Source: Octopus sinensis
Taxonomy: Eukaryota
NCBI RefSeq assembly: GCF_006345805.1
Contig: NW_021834099.1
Coordinates: 1-26,978 of the forward strand
Reading direction: 5' to 3'
DNA length: 26,978 bases
Numbering within the stretch: position 1 is the first letter of the stretch; the number at the start of each line of letters is the position of its first letter. The notes beneath the pieces are model-generated. The model made no database searches. It saw only the letters and a list, made by a program, of their open reading frames with translations, and was not told where the DNA came from. Below are positions 22,216 through 26,978 of this stretch, one piece after another. A program made the translations under genes and the position numbers.

Positions 22216-22437
22216 TATTACATTTTTTCCGGTTGAATTTGCCTTATTTTTTCAGTGTTTTTGTGATTTTCATGTAGATGGCTGGTATTGTGGCACACCT
22301 GACAGAATGTTAGGATTCAAAGAATTAAACAAATTTCATAATAATTTATAGCAAAGTGTTTCAGGATGTTTCTTCAAAAGTTTTCAGTGTGTGATATTTA
22401 AAAAATTTCATTAATTAATTTTTTTTTAATTTTATAG

Positions 22438-22686
22438 ATCCACCTGATATTACTGCACCAGAGAATGTGACATTATTTGAGAATCAAGCATCCATTATAG
22501 ACTGTAATGCAAAAGGAAACCCTACCCCAGAAGTGTGGTTGGAGGATGAAAATCGAACGTTCCTTTCAAATTCTATATTAACTTTTAATCGTAAAAATAT
22601 CAGTCGTGTTTCCTGCACTGTCATTGCAAAGAGCGAAAGGAATGGAAATTTGACAGCCAGAAAGGAAATTAATATCCTGTTGAAAT
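22438..22686 (+). CDS. Internal exon C of the Ig-domain gene (one Ig-like domain)
   Basis: Acceptor ttttttaattttatag|AT; donor T|gtatgt; 249 nt, phase 1-1. Peptide (Y)PPDITAPENVTLFENQASIIDCNAKGNPTPEVWL...RVSCTVIAKSERNGNLTARKEINILLK has the CxAxGNPxPxVxW Ig motif. Confidence 0.92.
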
Positions 22687-22709
22687 GTATGTTAAATATA
22701 AATATTTGT

Positions 22710-22731
22710 TCCTCCTCCTCCTCCTCCTCCT

Positions 22732-22763
<32 letters not shown>

Positions 22764-22781
22764 GTTACTACTACTACTATC
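22710..22781 (+). repeat. Compound (TCC)n(TAC)n microsatellite
   Basis: Seen directly, starting about 24 nt after the exon C donor. Confidence 0.97.
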
Positions 22782-22837
22782 ACTAATATCCTCACCATCA
22801 TCAAATGTCTTTTACTTCTTTGTATAAATTCTCAGAT

Positions 22838-22990
22838 TGAGTGGCATATTGTGTCCTTGAGCAAAGCACATCACTTCACATTGCTCTAGTCTACTCAGCT
22901 GAAAATGACTACCAGCTAAGTGCTGGTGCAGCCCTCTCTCTCTTCAAGCAACACCTCCTTGATGATCTACTGGGTCAAGAGTGGGTACAC
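22838..22990 (+). mobile_element. Degenerate CORE-like SINE fragment, related to 9073-9348
   Basis: attgtgtccttgagcaaagcacatcacttcacattgctctagtctactcagctgaaaatg aligns with the minus-strand SINE at 9.3 kb. Confidence 0.6.
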
Positions 22991-23109
22991 TGAGAGGGCA
23001 TTTATGTCTCCTTGTGATTGCATAAGTGTCTAAAATCATCTTCACTTGTGAGTCATCTTCACTTGTGAGCGACACGCATGGATTTGTCATATTCTTACCA
23101 TCTTTAAGC

Positions 23110-23423
23110 AACCCTGTGTCGATGGCATGTAAAACCCACCACTGGAGCATGGTCATTGCCAGTGCTGGCTCCTGTGTCAGCGACACATAAAAAGCATCAA
23201 TCGAGGTGGTCGATACCAGTATCGCCTGACTGGCCCTCATACTGGTGGCACATAAAAAGCACCCACTACAGTCTCAGAGTGGTTGGCATTAGGAAAGGCA
23301 TCGAGCTGTAGAAACCATGCCAGATCAGATTGGAACCTGGTGCAGCCTTCTGGCTTGCCAGTCCTCAGTCGAACCGTCCAATGCATGCCAGCATGGAAAG
23401 TGGACGTTAAACTATGATGATGA
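23110..23423 (+). mobile_element. RTE 3' UTR/tail copy, sense
   Basis: gtggcacataaaaagcacccactac...gtggttggcattaggaaaggcatcgagctgtagaaac...ggacgttaaac(TGA)n. Confidence 0.85.
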
Positions 23424-23640
23424 TCATCATCATTATTATCATTGTCTTATGCCTATTTTTCCATGCTGGCATGAGTTAGAAGGATTTGTTCCACCTCAGC
23501 CCTTGCCACTTGTCATAGTCCATCATCATCTGATATTCCTTACATCATCTCTCTCTGGTGTATATGATTTGTTTTATGCTAGGGGGTTGTGATAGGTTTT
23601 ACAGCTGAATGCCCTTCCTATCACCAATCATTCTGCAATG
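23424..23640 (-). mobile_element. RTE 3'-tail/SINE copy, antisense, tail-to-tail with the previous copy
   Basis: (CAT)n...tttccatgctggcatgag...ggttttacagctgaatgcccttcctatcacc. Confidence 0.7.
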
Positions 23641-24894
23641 GAATTCAGTCTTTTTGATCAGTAAAGCGGTTTATTATTTAAGGAAGGAGTGTAGTCATGA
23701 AATCAATACTACTTCATCAGTTAAAAGTAAGGAAAAATAAAGTCAGCCTGTGTGGAACTGAAGAGGACAAAACTGATTAATATTAAGGTCGTAGTCACTA
23801 TAAAAGGTAGGTTTCACAATTTCTGGTAATATATCCTGAAAACCCACATAACCTAACTGAAACAGTATCCTAAAGACTACCTTTTCGCTTCAGAAGTAGA
23901 AAATATTTCAGCTTTTGAGCAATTACTGATTTTCTATAAAATTCAAGTAAGATCCACAAAGAATTACTGCTCTTACACCCAGGACAGATTTGCTATTACA
24001 TCCCCTACACCCAGGACAGATTTTCTCAGTGAAAGCCCCCCTAATTGATAATGATTCAGTAACACATACCATCCTTCGCCCGTACATGTGCTTCTCTTCT
24101 CTCTGCTTCTTTTATTATTATTACTCCGATCACTGCTCCTAGCTTTAAACAACCTCCATCCAAGTTCACCCAATACATCTATCTCTCCCATTCTTCTCGT
24201 CAATACTGTATTTCATTGACCACTATGCATAATCAAACCTTCTTAGAGTTGAACAATGTGAAATTCCCTTCCCACCTATGACTTGCCTGTAGATATTGAT
24301 GTGTACAACTGAACATGAGCTGTATCAGTCTTACCAGTCTTGGAGAGTTTGTGAAAGATAATGTCTGCAAATAATTTTTGTTGACTGATCTCTAAAAAAA
24401 TCATTATTCTAACACTGACCCTGCTGTATTCACTCTATTTACTTTAAGAATTATGTTAATGACATCCATTCTGTGCAATATTGTTGTTGAGCTTCAAAAG
24501 AACTCCCTCAGATTAAGAGCATGACCTGTAAATATGAACAAAAGAACTGAAAGATAATTTGGGTTTGTTGATCCTTGATTTTACTAAGGGATTTATTGTG
24601 ACCAAACATCACATCAGTTTCTCCAGTTTAAATGAATATGGGTGTTTGTAATTTTTCTGGTCTCTGAAGTCCATATTTTGCTCTCTACAACCACCCTACT
24701 TCAAATGGTGTATTCTGTAAACATCTACAACTGCCCAATTTCTAAATATTGATATCCTTTTTACTAGGTTTTAAGTAGGCACATTTAATTTCTCCTGTAA
24801 TATTTCAGTATCCTTATCCACTATTAATGGATAGATAGGTGTCAAATTTGTTTTACAGAGACCTGTTTAATTGAAATATCTCTCCCTATATCTC

Positions 24895-26755
24895 TTCAAA
24901 GTAGAGGTTGGGGTCCACCAGGGTTCAGTACTCAGCCCCCTCCTATTTATCATAGTACTCCAGGCAATTACGGAGGAATTCAAGACAGGCTGTCCCTGGG
25001 AGCTCCTCTACGCTGACGACCTTGCTCTTATTGCTGAGTCACTATCAGAACTGGAGGAGAAGTTCCAGGTGTGGAAGGAGGGTTTAGAATCAAGGGCCTT
25101 AGAGTCAACCTAGCTAAACCAAAGTACTAATAAGTAGAAGGTAGACAATCCACAAATATCTTTAGGAGATGGCCCTGCTCGATCTGTAGAAAAGGTGTAG
25201 GTAGAACTCTATAAGATGTACCCAGTGTAAGCTATGGACACATAAGAGGTGCAGCAATGTCAAAGGTAGGCTAACTGGGAATATAGTTTTTTGTATTGGC
25301 AGATGCTCGGGAGCTTAACCTCCGAAAATCTGCAGAAAAACAACTTCCGTCACTTTCCAGGGGGAAAAACTAGAAGTAGTTGATAGCTTCCGTTATCTAG
25401 GTGACCAAGTCAGTAGTGGGGGTGGGTGCGCTGAAATGAACTGCTAAATAGAATAGCCTGGGCAAAGTTTAGGGAGCTCTTACCTCTGCTGGTGACTAAA
25501 GGCCTCTCTCTCAAGTAAAAGGCAGACTGTATGATGCGTGTGTACGAACAGCCATGCTACATGGCAGCGAAACATGGGCTTGACTGCTGAGGACATGCGT
25601 AAGCTCGTGAGGAATGAAGCCAGTATGCTCCGATGGATGTGTAATGTCAGTGTACATACTCGACAGAGCGTTAGCACCTGAGAGAAATGTTGTACCTAGA
25701 AGCATCATTGTGGTGTGCAAGAGACGATTGCGCTATGGTCATGTGGCGAGAATGGATGAAGATAGGTGTTGAGAAAGTGCCAATCCCTAGCAGTTGAGGG
25801 AACCCGTTGAAGAGGTAGACCCAGGAAAACCGGGACGAGGTGGTGAAGCACGACCTTCGAACTTTAGGCCTCACTGAGGAAATGACCAGAGACCGAGACT
25901 TTGGAAATATTCTGTACGTGAGAAGACCAGGCAGGACAAGTGAGCCCAGCCCACTTATGAATGCCTTTCCTCCCTTGGACACAAAGACCGGTTGAGGGAA
26001 GCGAAGTCGATATAGAACCCATCCGACGACAAAGACACCCATCCCAACCCCCCATGCTTCCGAAGACATGTTGGGGCAAGCGAAATCGAAATCGAAACCG
26101 AATTGAACCAGCCAGGATCCCTGCCTGGTGGTACGTAAAAAGCACTATCCGACTCGGGGCCGTGGCACGTAAAATACTCCAATGCGACGTACAACAGGCA
26201 CCCATGCCACCCCCTTGCTTGTGAAGACGTTGGGGCAAGCGAAATCGAAATCGAATTGAACCAGCCAGGATCCCTGGTCTGGTGGTACGTAAAGCACTAT
26301 CCGACTCGTGGCCGTGGCACGTAAAATACTCCAATGCGACCGTACGACAGGCACCCTTGCCAACCCCCTTGCTTGTGAAGACATGTTGGGGCAAGCGAAA
26401 TCGAAATCGAATTGAACAGCCAGGATCCCTGGTCTGGTGGTACGTAAAAAGCACTATCCGACTCGTGGCCGATGCCAGCACCGCCTCGACTGGCTTCCGT
26501 GCCGGTGGCACATAAAATACACCAATCTGACCGTGGCCGTTGCCAGCCCCGCCTGGCACCTGTGCATGTGGCACGTAAAAAGCACCCACTACACTCACGG
26601 AGTGGTTGGCGTTAGGAAGGGCATCCAGCGTAAAACATTGCCAAATTAGACTGGAGCCTGGTGCAGCCTTCTGGCTTCCCAGAACCCCGGTCGAACCGTC
26701 CAACCCATGCTAGCATGGAGAACGGACGTTAAACGACGATGATGATGATGATGAT
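24895..26755 (+). mobile_element. RTE-clade LINE, 5'-truncated relatively young copy: RT motifs, internal Cys/His finger, C-terminus, expanded 3' UTR, (GAT)n tail
   Basis: FKVEVGVHQGSVLSPLLFIIVLQAITEEFKTGCPWELLYADDL; finger at 25176-25306; LEVVDSFRYLGDQ; GRPRKT-type C-terminus with stop near 25943; tail gacgat(GAT)n at 26738-26755. Confidence 0.93.
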
Positions 26756-26978
26756 AGGATAGAAACTTGATAAATAAGACATTTGAACTCAAAATTTGTC
26801 AAAACACAATTCAAAACCTAAAAATTTTGATTTTATATTCAATGCCACTGAAGCATTATCTCATTTTGAATTTGAATAGACTAATGCAGTTCGCATAGAA
26901 GATGTCTCAAAGCTAATGATGTTACCCCAACCTAACTCATTTATTATCCTTAACTGAAGGTAGCTCACTGAATTTTGA

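Noticed and set aside
23860-24870. Weak IYRQVIG motif on the minus strand (possible old PLE RT) and an 18-bp direct repeat at 23974 and 24006
   Set aside because: A single weak motif with no supporting YxDD; the short repeat is explained by local slippage
25864-26703. 279-aa minus-strand ORF, the longest in the track
   Set aside because: Antisense to the GC-rich RTE 3' UTR; its repeated IRFRFRL motifs come from the tandem UTR units and it has no domain signature

Overview
AT-rich, microsatellite-dense animal genomic DNA. The repeat families look like those of an octopus or other coleoid cephalopod; this is recognition from memory, not a database result. The only host gene seen is on the + strand: three internal coding exons (3682-3936, 7768-8019, 22438-22686), each encoding one Ig-like domain, all phase 1-1, splicing into a stop-free 252-codon frame. 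Its start and end lie outside the window. The introns are filled with transposon remains: a Tx1/L1-clade LINE, four RTE-clade LINE pieces plus short RTE-tail copies, an R4/Dong-like RLE retrotransposon bounded by (AAT)n, a Penelope-like element (RT + GIY-YIG) carrying a nested mariner, a Chapaev3-like DNA transposon and several tRNA-derived SINEs. The most interesting observations are: a PHD-type zinc finger inside the RTE reverse transcriptase, seen in two divergent copies; a composite R4/Dong 3' end with an internal (AAT)n that occurs twice as a long inverted repeat around two Ig exons; and an array of conserved double hairpins in the RTE 3' UTR. Most long ORFs in the supplied track are microsatellite or antisense artefacts. 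Repeat boundaries and identities were estimated by eye.
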